Assembly: GCF_006345805.1 (NCBI RefSeq)
Contig: NC_043013.1
Location: 4,402,001-4,466,000, forward strand
Direction of reading: 5' to 3'
Origin: Octopus sinensis
Lineage: Eukaryota
DNA length: 64,000 nt
Within the stretch, counting starts at the first letter, position 1, and each line of letters starts with the position of its first letter. Positions 37,862 to 51,869 of the stretch are shown here, in pieces. Position numbers and translations under genes: made by a program. The notes beneath the pieces were generated by a model that did not search any database, was not told where the DNA came from, and was given only the letters and a program-made list of their open reading frames with translations.

Positions 37862-38545
37862 TCGTGCTGCTACTGCATAAATCTCTCTCAGAGATTTAGA
37901 AATATATTATTACTACCTAAACATGTCTTTATATTTCATCTTTCATAATCATATTATGAATATCCGAATATGTTATATGACTTCTGTTACAATATAATAT
38001 TCTTTTGATATTTTATTTTTGATGTATTCTTCTTTTACACTGAGGAGAACGGTGATATGTAATCAATTTAATTATAATTATAATTAAATTAATTTTAAAT
38101 TTTTTCCATGTTTCTTACATGTCAATATTACCATTCGAAACGATCGTATGCATGGATTAAATTTTTATAAAACTTTTAACATTTTCTCTTCGCCATCTTT
38201 AATTGTTTGTTGAATTTATATAGGAAACGTGTTCTATAAATGCTCATAACACACCTTATACATGTAACATTTTCATATTTAAAAACAAAATACAATAGTA
38301 AGCTACCAATTCATTATAAAGAATCTTTATTAGAAATCTAACATTGGAACCCCCCAAAATAAAGGATGAAATAGAACTCAACCTTTTCTCACACATACAT
38401 ATATGTATGTTTGTATGTATGTATGTATGTATGTATGTATGTATTTATATATATATATACGTGTGTGTGTGTACATTATATATATATCTATGTATGTCTG
38501 TTCGCACACATGCACATACATACACACATACATACATAGATACAT

Positions 38546-38580
<35 letters not shown>

Positions 38581-39960
38581 TACATACTTACGTACATACA
38601 TATCTAGGACTATAAAAATCTGGTAAACTTTCTTATGATTTAAAAGATGGTGGTTAAAACAAGATGCTTTTCTTCACAACCTTGCTACCATGTTGGTGGC
38701 CGGACAAAATTTATTCTTAATTAATAAGAGAAAGAGAAGAACACACATGCACACAGTCACACACTCGACTGCGTGATTCACCTGCTCATTACTGAGGGTA
38801 AGTATTTGTTGGATGAAGTAGAAAGAACTGAGATACTAGAGAGAAATGAACGATTAACCGATTTAAAATTTCTTATGAACGAACGCTAGGACACGATGCG
38901 AACCATCTCGCAATCAATCCAAATTTATTAATTTACAAATGACTGGTGAAATAGGCTTGAAAGAAAGCAATCTTAACGAAGAATGCAAACAAATAATAAA
39001 GAAGATCGATAAAATGCCATGATGAATGCCAGAAAAATAAAATATTAATAAAAAGGATTTTAAATATTGAACCGAGAAAAAAATGAGATTTTGAAATGAA
39101 TTCTTTGTTAGTCTTGGCAAAATAGAGAAGTGATGGGGAAAGAGGTGTAATAAATTCAGCTATTCTTTGGCTGGAAACACGATCGATAAAACGGTGTGGA
39201 GGTGGGCAGCTGTGATTGTCAGTTTTGATAAATTGCTGAGAGGAGCACTAGAATTATTGTTGATCGTGGCCAAAAGATACACCCAACCCTCTTTCCATGG
39301 TACGAAATTGTTAAGGCTTTTGAAATTGATACATTTAGTATCACCCAGATCAATGTTTAGCATGTCTAGCTCTCTCTTCCACCTACCCAAACACTAGCAT
39401 ATCCAATATTTGGATGTTACTCTCTCTCTTTCTCTTTCTCTTTCTCTTTCTCCCCTCTCTTTCTTTCTCATGCTCTCTCTCTCTCCCCATCTATCTCTTT
39501 CTCCCTCTTCCTCTCTCTCTCTTTCACAGACTTTAGTTTTATTTTTATTCAAGTGTTCGTTCTTTAGAGGAAGAGAAGGAGAGTTATAGTTTTCATTTTT
39601 TCTATTGATGTTGCCAATTTCTAATCTTCTGCTGTCTTCTACATCTTTCTTCCCTTAACTCCTCTCGTATTAATGTTTTTATTACCATTTTTATCATTTC
39701 CAGAGCTGTTTGTCTAGCTGCTGTTTTCCTCTTTCATTTTCGTTTTCTGTCTCTTCATTAAATTATATTTTATTTTGACCCTACGTCAACTCGTACTTAC
39801 TCTCAACATCATCTCTATCTTCACTTCTCACTCTTTCTCTCTTTGCAAACGCATATATACACACAAATTCATACACACAAACACAAGAAATCCTGCATGC
39901 ATGTACATATAATATAGTATATATGTGTATAGACACACACACACACATACATACATACAT

Positions 39961-40027
<67 letters not shown>

Positions 40028-40081
40028 CAACCAATAAGGGTGAGAATTAGTGCTAGAGTAGACCACATAGTGGTCGCTCTC

Positions 40082-40127
<46 letters not shown>

Positions 40128-40131
40128 TTAT

Positions 40132-40254
<123 letters not shown>

Positions 40255-40329
40255 TATAACAGTCCGCGCATGTCACTCTACTCTTTCCTAGCCTACACAT
40301 CTGAGCAACGACCTTTGTATCCCTCGCTT

Positions 40330-41051
40330 TTCCAAATGTCTTGAAATAGTGGGTTTTAGCCCCGAAATATGTAAGGTAAAACTAGAAGTTTGTTTTTTTC
40401 TTGTCACGTCTCACGAATGAACCCTTTTTCTGGCCAAATAGTGACTGGTGAGGAGGAGAAATGGGTTCTCTATAAAAATGTCAAGCGCCAAAGACAGTGG
40501 GTAGGGAAAGGAGGAATATTGGCACCCCAGGCTAAAGAAGGTCTTCAGTCATGTATGGTGTTGATATCTATTTGGTGGGATATGAAAGGACTTTTAAACC
40601 CAAAACAAACGAGACCAAAGGAAATCTGCTGCGAGCAGCTTGAGTGGCTCAAGTCAACACTAGAAGAAAAACGACCATCTTTGGTTTTAAGACGAAAGGT
40701 GTTCTTCCATCAGGATAATGCTTGGCCATATACAGCGAGGTTGACATTCCAAAGGCTGGAGCAGTTTGAATGGGAAATGATGCCCCAACCAACATAGTCG
40801 TCGGACATTGCCCCATCTGATTATCATGTATTCCGCAATCTCCAAAATCATTTAGACGAAAAAAATATGAATTCTATAAACGATGTCAGAACAGTACTGG
40901 AAGAGTATCTTTCGTCACGGACAAGTGAAACTTGAAGAGGGGCCTTGCAAGTCTACCACATAGATAAAAGAGCATTTTAGAAAATGAAGGAGAGCATATT
41001 TTAAATTAAAAGAAGTATAAAGAAACCGCATTATTTATGGGATGACCCAAT
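40330..41051 (+). mobile_element. Mariner transposase 3' half, degenerate
   Basis: IVTGEEEKWVLYKN, IWWDMKG, FHQDNAWPYTA, SDIAPSDYHVF; probable right TIR ending ...gggatgacccaat. Confidence 0.9.
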
Positions 41052-41074
41052 GTATACGTACACTTAGTAACATT

Positions 41075-42174
41075 ATAAAACTAAATCTTTGAGCAGGTTA
41101 ATATGATGTAATTCGCTGGTTTAACAAAGTCACAACAAGGAAACAAAAAAATTCATACAGATAGATATAACCAACAACTACGCCTCTGTTAAACCTGTAT
41201 ACCTCAACAAACCACTTATATTGGCAATGAAAAACTGAGCTAACTAGGGAAGAAGTTGTTAGAAAATCAATTATTAAATTCAAGGGAAAATACTGGGTAA
41301 AAAAAGATAGGCCGGATACATTTGACATAACCATGTGTTCGACAGACTCCGCCCAGGTAACGGATATAGTAGGAATTTATATCTTATTCTACCTAAACAA
41401 AGAATTTTCAAAAATAGGCTGAGATCTATAGAGGGATGATGCATTCATTCACCTTGCTTTTAACCCTTCCAGTGTAGAGATAGAGAAATATAGGAAGGAG
41501 TGATTCAAGTTCTCTAAAAATACAGGGTTTTCCATCACAATAGAGGAGGAGCACAACGCAGTCAACTTTTTACACATAATACGAGACCAATGAAAATCTG
41601 AAGCACATTCCCAATGAAAACCTTAAGTACTTTCACAAAAATAGAAATCACCCAAAGTGTATAACCTAGTCCATAGTAGCAAACATTTCAACCCACATAT
41701 CGAATGCTAAAACAAGAATCAACAGTCAAAGGGAATCAACCCTAAAAAATTCGTTCACAGGCAGAGAAATAGAAGGACGGACAGCAAGAAAGAGAAGCAC
41801 CAAAACTAATATCCATAGGGAATTCAGAAATAATACCGGACCGGAAGAAGAAAGAATAGGAGAGACTTCTATTGAAGCCAATAACGCAATCAATAATAAA
41901 AATAAAGAAACAGGTCTATGCAAATGTGCTAGAGATAAAGTATGCCCGTTAAAATCAAAATGTAATACTAAGAACCTAGTCTATAGATACAAAGTTACCT
42001 TGGAGGGAAGGGAATATATTTATATTGGGTCCAGGTCTCTTTTTTTAAAAAAGAAAAAGACTGGTCAATCATTTAAATTCTTTTAGAGATAGGAAAAACA
42101 TAAATGATAAAAGCATAAGTAAACTAATTTGGTCAATTAAAGACCAAAACAATAGCTATTCTATCGATTGGGAA
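41075..42174 (+). pseudogene. Penelope-like RT + GIY-YIG endonuclease remnant
   Basis: FIQIDITNNYASV, YWVKK..DTFDITMCSTDSAQVTDIVG, RDDA, CPLKSKCNTKNLVYRYKV...YIGS, HLNSFR..., IWSIKDQNNSYSIDW. Confidence 0.88.
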
Positions 42175-42261
42175 TGTATGTATGTATGTATGTATGTATG
42201 TATGTATGTATGTATGTGTGTATGTATATTCCATGTATGTATGTTTCTATGTATGCACATG

Positions 42262-42342
<81 letters not shown>

Positions 42343-42347
<5 letters not shown>

Positions 42348-42978
42348 TAATATAGGATAAAACTTTTTCGAAAAAAAATTTTATCAATGGCCAGCATATT
42401 AAAATATACAATTAAAGGTTAAATTTATAAACAACTTATAAATAAGGGCAAAAGAAAAAAATTCTGATGCCAAATATGCTGAAACTAGACACATTGTCCA
42501 TAACCATATAATTTATCACAATAAGCACGCTACTCGAAAAAAGCTGACAAAAATATCTAAAAAATTCCGTTATTACCATATCGGACCCGATTTCAGAGTT
42601 AGTTCATAAGAACCTTCCCTTCGTCAGTGATAAATGCGACAAAAGAAATAAATGAAATACTCGCTTATACCCATGGAAGAAGCAAACACTAAGTCATGAG
42701 CACAATTAAGTACGCCAAATATATCCAAAGTAGAAATTCTCCAGCCCATTCGAGACACGTGCGATTCGAACTGAAACTCTCACAGAGTAAGAGAGTCCGG
42801 AAGTGAATACTATTAAATTACATTTAATATAGGATAAAACTTTTTCGAAAAAACATTTTATCAATGGCCAGCATATTAAAAATACCATTGTGGTAAATTA
42901 TATGGTTATGGACAATGTGTCTACTTTCGGCATATTTGGCATTAGAAATTTTTTCTTTTGCCCTTATTTATAAGTTGT
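42343..42978. repeat. Nested direct (42343-42406 / 42821-42884) and inverted (42431-42522 / 42887-42978) repeats downstream of the Penelope ORF
   Basis: Seen directly; pLTR-like arrangement. Confidence 0.85.
42573..42633 (-). ncRNA. Type I hammerhead motif
   Basis: UUAUCA-CUGACGA-AGGG-aa-GGUUC(uuau)GAACU-aa-CUCU-GAAA-UCGGGUCCGA-UA/UGGUAA; all core positions canonical. Confidence 0.82.
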
Positions 42979-42979
42979 G

Positions 42980-43034
<55 letters not shown>

Positions 43035-43616
43035 ATACGTGTGTATTCGTATGTTGTATATATATATATATATGTATTTGTAATTTTATACTATCTGTGT
43101 ATATCCCACGGATGAGGCAGAGTATATTTTTACACAGAACCAGAAATCTGGATCTGGGATTATCCAGTAATTTTGTTGCTAGTTTATCTGTCTATTTCTA
43201 TTTTCACCTTTTGCTGTATGAATACATGTAGTAGTTTCAGAGTCAAGTTTTGACTGCTATCTCTAGCATGGTGGTATCTTTTAGATACCCTTAATTATAA
43301 TTTTGATAATAATTAATACGTATAAGGTTCTTATTCCCACGGTGGCTGCTTGATATGATCGGTATTTTAAATAATAACTGAGATGAACCTATTCATTTAT
43401 CATCGGAGGGCAAGTCCCCAAAATGAGCGAGAGTGGATATTACTGATTTCAGTAATTGTAATGAACCTATCATATATCTCTCGTTGATGCAATGACGCCA
43501 TTCGGCGGAGCTGGGAGGTGTTGGTATGTATCTACGTCAAAGTACAGACTGATACAAGCAGCACTTTGCGTTAATAGAATGGGGATTACTCTAAAAGAAT
43601 TTCTTTCTCTTTAAGA

Positions 43617-43766
43617 GGCGCAGGAATGGCTGTGTGGTTAATAGTTTGCTTACCAACCACATATTCCCGTTCAGTCCCACCTTGGGCAAGTGTCTCCTAC
43701 TATAGCCTCGAGTCGACCAAAGCCTTGTGAGTGGATTTGGTAGACGGAAACTGAAAGAAGCCCGTC

Positions 43767-43768
<2 letters not shown>
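43617..43768 (+). mobile_element. CORE-type SINE head module
   Basis: ggcgcaggaatggctgtgtgg...ttgggcaagtgtctcctactatagcc...gaagcccgtcg. Confidence 0.85.
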
Positions 43769-43812
<44 letters not shown>

Positions 43813-43953
43813 GTGTGTTTACGACAGTAATGTTGGAATCCCACTGGGATAATAGGATGACCACAAGTGCTTTGAATGAAAAAAATTACAGACAAAAGAG
43901 GTAACGAATTTGCAAAGGGAAGCCATCCTTCTCATCGTCGACCTGACGTGATA

Positions 43954-43998
43954 CGCACGGACCCAGGTTTCTGAGTATTTACCCGTCGTCAGCGCACG
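43954..43998 (-). ncRNA. Minimal type I hammerhead motif
   Basis: CGUGCG-CUGACGA-c.GGGU(aaau)ACUC.a-GAAA-CCUGGG-UC/CGUGCG; GUC triplet. Confidence 0.72.
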
Positions 43999-44326
43999 AC
44001 AATCACCGGTCTTCGATGCGAAGGGGTCCCAATGCAAATACATATATCCTTTTACTACATTTAAGTGGCATAATACTTCACATTATCGTGCAGCTACTGT
44101 TATACCTCGTTCAGAGATTTATTATCTCCTGATATCTCATAGTGCTAATGTTTCTTCAGAAAACAGAGACATACTTAAGATTGAATTAAAATAACGACAT
44201 AATTTTAGGCTTGGTCAATCTATCATTATTTTTTATTTTTATTTCCATTGACTATTTTGGTCCAGTTGTATGGTAATTTATATTTTCAATTCTGTTGCTG
44301 CCATTACATTATTTAGTATTTTTAGT

Positions 44327-44540
44327 ACTCTTTTTACTCTTTTACTTGTTTCAGTCATTTGACTGCGGCCATGCTGGAGCACCGCCTCTGGTCGAGCAAA
44401 TCGACCCCGGGACTTATTCTTTTGTAAGCCCAGTACTTATTCTATTGGTCTCTTTTGCCGAACCGCTAAGTAACGGGGACGTAAACACACCAGCATTGGT
44501 TGTCAAGCAATGCTAGGGGAACAAACACAGACACACAAAC

Positions 44541-44629
<89 letters not shown>

Positions 44630-44803
44630 TACATATATACGACAGGCTTCTTTCAGTTTCTGTCTACCAAATCCACTCACAAGGCTTTGGTCGGCTCGAG
44701 GCTATAGTAGGAGACACTTGCCCAAGATGCCACGCAGTGGGACTGAACCCGGAACCATGTGGTTGGTAAACAAGCTACTTACCACACAGCCACTCATGCG
44801 CCT
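44327..44803 (-). mobile_element. Composite CORE-type tRNA SINE
   Basis: Reverse complement of 45297-45732. Confidence 0.9.
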
Positions 44804-45197
44804 AGTATCTTGTTTATTTGAATCTAAAATTTACTCAGTATAGAGGGAATGCTGAAGCCACGATGGGGTTATAAAACGATGTGAAACTGAACACGATCCA
44901 ACAGCGATAACAAAGCCACTCACTTAATAACGTAACACCGAGCTGAATCATATTTATGTAATTATTTATATATGATATGGAAAATTCAGCAACAGTTGTT
45001 ACCAATGCACAGAAACAATTGTGATTTGTGGTTAAAGTCTATTCATTCCATCTTCTTGTTTTATCATTTTTTATATAAACTCTACATACACTAATGTATT
45101 TCCAGTAAAAGGAGTAGTCCTGTTGTCGGATGGTAAATGGTAACCAATTACCATGTAGGAGCTTTGAAATACACGTTATGTGGTTATTTTCCAAATG

Positions 45198-45272
<75 letters not shown>

Positions 45273-45296
45273 TGGATATGTAGATAGATAAAGATA

Positions 45297-45453
45297 GGTC
45301 CAGGAGTGGCTGTGTGGTAAGTAGCTTGCTTACCAACCACATGGTTCCGGGTACAGTCCCACTGCGTGGCATCTTGGGCAAGTGTCTTCTGCTATAGCTC
45401 CGGGCCGACCAATGCCTTGTGAGTGGATTTGGTAGACTGAAAGAAGCCTGTCG

Positions 45454-45495
<42 letters not shown>

Positions 45496-45732
45496 GTGTG
45501 TGTGTGTGTGTCTATATGTATGTGTGTATATGTTTGTGTGTCTGTGTTTGTTCCCCTACCATTGCTTGACAACCGATGCTGGTGTGTTTACGTCCCCGTC
45601 ACTTCGCGGTTCGGCAAAAGAGACCGATAGAATAAGTACTGGGCTTACAAAGAAGAAGTCCCGGGGTCGATTTGCTCCACTAAAGGCGTTGCTCCAGCAT
45701 GGCCGCAGTCAAATGACTGAAGCAAGTAAAAG
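45297..45732 (+). mobile_element. Composite CORE-type tRNA SINE
   Basis: A-box TGGCTGTGTGG, B-box-like GGTACAGTCCC, CORE-like ttgggcaagtgtcttc, microsatellite linker, tail ending gaagcaagtaaaag. Confidence 0.9.
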
Positions 45733-45945
45733 AGAGAGAGAGCATATATATGGCTCGTTAGCAAATCAAACCTAAAGGCAAATTTATAAACAAGGGTACA
45801 AAATAGTACCAACATTGCTAGAAACAACAGTCAAAAACAACTCAAAAAGGCACGGAAAGCACTAATTCAATAAGTTGGCGAATGAGGGGAACTGAGGGAG
45901 CACCTTAACGTAGTTAGAAAAGCTCACAAGTGAAGTAACAGATAT

Positions 45946-46008
45946 ATCCATGTCACGTGATTTCGAACTCTGGTTAATTTAATTTGATTTTAGTTCTCAT
46001 CAGTGGAT
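45946..46008 (-). ncRNA. Type I hammerhead motif, one substitution from canonical (U16.1 to C)
   Basis: AUCCA-CUGAUGA-GAACU(22 nt)AGUUC-GAAA-UCACGUGA-CA/UGGAU. Confidence 0.62.
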
Positions 46009-47272
46009 CTTACTGCGCTTAGGGTTAAAGGGTAACTCGCCTCGTCGAACTCATGAGAAAAACGGTTGAAAGCAAGCGCGAATTCAGAACGGTAGAAGTG
46101 TATCGTATAAATAATATAGGTGGCTCGTTATAAATTCAAACCTGAAGGCAAATTTATTTACAAAGGGTGCAAAATATTGTTGCTAGAAACAAGGGTAAAA
46201 AATGACTCAAAGAGCCACAAAAATCAGTTAATAAGTTGAGTCAAGCTATATTTACCCATGAGTATTCCTGTATTTTGTATCTGCTATATGTCGTTCTGTA
46301 AGTTGTAAAGTACTTTTAATCCTCTCCCAAATAAATTCTCCAAAACAATTCAAACTCCTCGCTTTATCCGCTTTTTGTTTTATTCTAGACAAGTAATTCA
46401 GTAAGTGGAAATCGGAAAGCATTTACCAATAAATTTGACATCTCAAGCACCAGCAGAAGACGAGAAGAATGAAGTTAGAGTCAGCGTTTTAATAAGTAAA
46501 TAGTTCTCACTAGTTAGCACACACCAATGTCGTCAAAATTCTACTAACTTGGTTAGTATAGTTTCAGGCACAAACAAAACAGATACATTTCTAGAGTAGT
46601 CAGTAAATTCAGCTTCGTTTATACGATATACAAATATCAATTGGGCAAAATGTAGTTCTAACTCTCATTTGTTCTTCACATTCGAACCATTTCCATCTGA
46701 TCTGACAGCCTTGGTTATCTTCCATCTACAATACAAGCTAGGAATGATCGATTTTGATTACGTAATTGGAGTAATTGTTGGCTTGCAGATACCAAAACCA
46801 ACAACCTAAATTAAAGACAACGCCGACGCCTTAAGCATAAATCAGTTTTTTTAAAATATCATTTTAAAATTGATTTCCAAGGCAAATGATAAAGCAAAAA
46901 AAGCAAAACCAGAGTGTTTCTGAGATGTTCATACGTTTTTCGAAGTTGTTAAACAAATAAAGGAAGTTATCTACATGGAGAAACGAAACTCAACAGAGAA
47001 ACATAATTTTATGAATGCTATGAAAATTGGTAATTTGTAAATTTGCATGTGCATAATCACAAATTTATACTTACAAAGTACGCATACAACATGCTATGTC
47101 TGTATGTAATACCATACTTACACATACATGGAGATATTTATATATACAAACATACGTATATATTTGTGTAAATGCGCGTCTGTGTGTATATATGTGTGTT
47201 GTATATATAAACTCAGAGAGATGAAAGCAGAGAGAAACAGATAGACAAGCAAAGAAATAGACAGACAGACGA

Positions 47273-47274
<2 letters not shown>

Positions 47275-47358
<84 letters not shown>

Positions 47359-47395
47359 GGATGGATGGATGAATGGATGGATGGATGGATGGATG

Positions 47396-47470
<75 letters not shown>
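47275..47470. repeat. (GATA)n/(GGAT)n microsatellite
   Basis: Seen directly. Confidence 0.95.
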
Positions 47471-47472
<2 letters not shown>

Positions 47473-49135
47473 TGGTAGGCAGGTAGGTAGGTAGACAAAC
47501 AAACAAATTAACAGCGAGGCAGAAAGACAGACAGACAGTCAGACAGGCATGCACACACACATGCACACACACACACATACACACACAAACAAACAAAGAT
47601 AAATAATGTGGTACAAACAAGCATAAAACGTAGACAGCTTGTCTGATATAAATACATGCACATATAAACAAAGATAAAGTCAATTAATGCGAACAACATC
47701 ACGCTAAAGACCTACGCAACATCAGACATATTCCGCTACCTACGCTCAAGCACACGTAGAATACAAAAAAAGCAATACACACGGAACACATCTGAGAGAT
47801 TATGCGTCCCTGTGTTACAACTGAAACACGCATAATCCCGCTAACACATGAATTGCATATCTACATACATCTGCAAGTGCACACCCGCACGCTCACACAC
47901 ACAGCCACACATAAGCATTGACACATATTCCTATATATAAAACTGTAGTCATAAACACGCATACACTCATGTATACATGTATACAATTAGAGAGAGAGAG
48001 AGAGAAAAAAAAAGAGAGAGAGAGAAAGATCAGCATTGTGACGCCTGGATGTGTGTCTGTCTGTCTGTGTGAATCCCTAAAACTCGAGAACTACACAACC
48101 GATTTCATTCAAATTTTACAGATGCCCAGATTAATCTCTTATCTCTTACACTATTTCAGTATTACGTCTCTATTGTAAGGTGAGATAATACTTTCAGTTT
48201 GAAAGTCTCTCCTGTATATATAGATATTCCGTATGCATTCCAAAACCGAGTAAACGATTTTGACGTAAGGCGTATCAAAAGATTCAGTACTATTTCGGCT
48301 ACAAACTGAACTTAATTTCCATTCACATATTTCCGTTTCAAAAATTTAACAACCTTTTCCATAAATCAATTATCGTAAACATTTTATACAATGACGACGA
48401 TGACGTCACATTTTCTATGCGTGTGTACCTTAAAAGACATCAATCATCACGACGCACACCTTCACTCTCTCTATCTCTGTCTTTCTCTCTGTCTCTCTGT
48501 CTCTCTTTCTCTCTCACATATACAAGCGCACGCACGCACACACTCACACGTCCATTTCATATACACGTACATACATCTTTCACTTACGACCAGGTTTCAT
48601 TACAAAGAGAAAATAGTTTCACACTTTCAATTTCAACCAAAATTACAAACTTGCATCACGAGAATGACGATGTTTCAATAATAAAAGTAGTGTTTCGCCG
48701 AATTAGTCACATCTGTTCTATAATAAAGAAAGCTGCTTATCATCTATAATGTGATAAAGCTATAATATTGTTTCGCTTTCATTCTTTCACTTTTAATTCT
48801 GTGATGACATTAAGATCATTTCTATTATATTTGAAATAAAAGAATAATTTACATCCTAATGTGAACAACATTACGCATCGGCAACTTTCTGTCTTTATGG
48901 CCACCACAGCGGAATGGAGTGTCAGTATGTGTTTGTTGAATGACATAACGAACGGCTGGACGTGAAACTCTCGACAAAAAACAATGAGCTGGTAGATCCA
49001 AGGTATATAAAAATACACATTTACCGTTCCATTACCAGTAAATAATTGTCGCAGCAGTTGCAAGGTTGCAAGGTATTTACAGTTACATATTTATCCTTAA
49101 ATTAATACATGTGCTTAATACATACACACACACAT

Positions 49136-49192
<57 letters not shown>

Positions 49193-49195
<3 letters not shown>

Positions 49196-49635
49196 AGTAA
49201 TAATAACAGAAAAGAGGAATTTCGATTGTCCCCGATGGTGGGTTGTAATGTATATAGAAATTAACAAAGGAAAATACGCACACACTTACATGGTTTTAAT
49301 ATACTTTTTAATATATCGACCGGTTTCGCTATCGCTATTCATGATATTATGTTTAATTTACTTGAATATATATTTTTTCTTAAGAAGAAATTTGGTCCAT
49401 ATATATATATATATTATATATATATATATAGGAGTAATAATAACAGAAAAGAGGAATTTCGATTGTCCCCGATGGTGGGTTGTAATGTATATAAGAAATT
49501 AACAAAGGAAAATACGCACACTTACATGGTTTTAATATACTTTTTAATATATCGACCGGTTTCGCTATCGCTATTCATGATATTATGTTTAATTTACTTG
49601 AATATATATTTTTTCTTAAGAAGAAATTTGGTCCA
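49193..49635. repeat. Tandem duplication of an about 205-bp unit separated by (TA)n
   Basis: 49193-49397 recurs at about 49431-49635. Confidence 0.92.
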
Positions 49636-49856
49636 TATATATATATATATATATATATAAAGACTTTATCTATAATAATTATTGTGGTATTTACCGTTAA
49701 ATTAGCAATTCATACATGTGCTTCTATTTGGTTAATTTATACTGTATGAAAAAATGAAAAAAAAAACATACTACATACTTACAACTGCTAACAAAAATAG
49801 GGATTAATGTATAATTTTTTTCTATGTACAATTTTTGTTTACAATATTGAAAAAAT

Positions 49857-50600
49857 ATGCCACCAAAGAAAAGACGTAATGTCTCCAGACACAAATATAA
49901 AGCAAGGAGGACTGGAGGAAACCGAAGGCAAGAGTCTGAAGAGAGAAGCCAGATGAGATTTTCTCAAGATCAGCAAAGGCATGCTGCAGCACGTCAGACG
50001 GAGTCTCTAGAGAGAAGGCAGATGAGACTTTCCCAAAATCAGCAAATGCATGCTGCAGTACTTAATGCTGGATCATTAAATCAATGTGTTAATGATTAGA
50101 CAGAGGTCCAATAGAATAGCTCTCAGAAGCAGACTACTTACAAATTCGTTCTTCACAACTCCTGAAGCTGTTTTCAAATACGATCCATCCCACTCTTATA
50201 AAAATGATAACTCTGTCCAAATTGGTGTGCTAAATACAAATTGTATTTTCTGTAGAGGTTTAAAATTTGCAAATGAAACAAATGGCATGTGCTGCTCAGG
50301 CGGTCAGGTAACATTGCCAGCACTACCAGCTCCTTCCCAACCTCTTATGGATCTTCTAGAAAGCACTTCCATCCAGTCAAAAGATTTTCTGAACAATATC
50401 ACACAATACTACTCTGCATTTCAAATGACATCATTTACTGCATCTAAGATGGTTAAACATGAATTTACGCCGACGTCAAAGTTCAAGGGCAAGTCTATCA
50501 TCTCATTGGTTGCCTGTTACCCACAAATGAACAACCACAGTTCCTCCAAATTTATTTTATGAGCGATGTAGGACAACAAACACGAAGGAGGTGTCAAATT
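49857..50600 (+). pseudogene. Helitron Rep-helicase N-terminal fragment
   Basis: FKYDP, CIFCRGLKFANETNGMCCSGGQVTLP, SAFQMTSF, KVQGQVYHLIG, PQFLQIYF; possible 5' A|TC end at 49669. Confidence 0.85.
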
Positions 50601-50883
50601 TTCAGATGATGGGTCCTGTTAGACTCAGCGCCGACCGCTGCAAATGAGAGTATATCCATTGACACCTTTTCGGTGCGTTCAAAAATCACATAACCCCCAT
50701 CACCAATTTTCTATGACAGGTTAGGGCCTGAAATACTCCATACATATATATATATATACATATATATATATACAAATATATACATAAAACGAAACACCAC
50801 CAGGTGTCTTCCTAATATGCTAGAAGTAGACGCAAAATCGTCTTACGACGAAGAATATGTTCTCAGATTAGCATACACTAGAT

Positions 50884-51133
50884 CAATGTTTCTCAACTAG
50901 TGTCCAACTAGCCCCTGTGGGGATCCATGTAAGATTTAGTTGTTAAAAATCATGTGCAATAAATCGGTTATACTTGCACAATATACAAAATATTTTAACA
51001 TGTTTCGCAAACAATTTCTACTAAAATTTAATAATAAAATAACGTTTTGTCTTTTTTCAAATGGTTATGTGGTCCAATAGAGTAAAATATGAATCAAAGG
51101 GGTCCAGAAGCAAAAAATGGTTGAGAACCCCTG
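50884..51133. mobile_element. hAT-type MITE
   Basis: TIRs caatgtttctcaac / gttgagaacccctg; 8-bp TSD cactagat / cgctagat (7 of 8 match). Confidence 0.8.
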
Positions 51134-51869
51134 CGCTAGATGTTTGCAAGACAAATGAAAGGAAACAAAAAAAAGCAGTTAATTTCATACCTTAAGATTT
51201 CGCTATTAATATTAATTTCTACCGTCATTATATAATTTTGTGTGTGTGTGTGTGGTGTGTGTGTGTGTGTAGTGAAAATCAACTCCCTAAAATCAGTAAG
51301 TCTGTGCAAACGTTTCGAGAGTACAAAATGTTCCTGTGTGTGACTTTTTGAGGGTATTAAAATGTTGCACAACACTGAACCTACTTTTGTGCGCAATCAA
51401 CTTTAAAACCAGAGCTACAACAGAAAAGGTCGAGAGAACCAGAGATGTTTAGAGTTTTTTTTTAAATTTCGTACGATGTCCTTTCTTTTCCTTTCTCTCC
51501 CTCCCCCCCTCTCTCTCTCACTCTTTCCCCCTTTCCTTTCTGCTCTGTCTGTCTCTGCCCTCTACCACTTTTCCCCTCTTACTACTGACACGTGACCCGT
51601 GGTCATCTTCATCTTTTATTCTCTTTTCCTTTTTCACGCCGACCACCCAAGCGACTGATCGTATTTTCTCCTGTCTCCCACTTTCAACACGTTTCGCTAT
51701 CTCTCTTTTGTCATTCTGTTTCTAATCCTTTGGAATATTCCCTCTGACGTTAACCATATTTTCGCCTTGCTTGTTTTCGTTTTTGTCCCTCATCCGTCCA
51801 CTAATGGTCTTGTCTTGAGTTACATTTATTTCATATTTCTACGTCCATTTTCTGTATTGCATATTTGTT

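Noticed and set aside
45297-45370. tRNA gene candidates from A/B boxes (also the other SINE heads)
   Set aside because: No cloverleaf; they continue into multi-copy SINE bodies.
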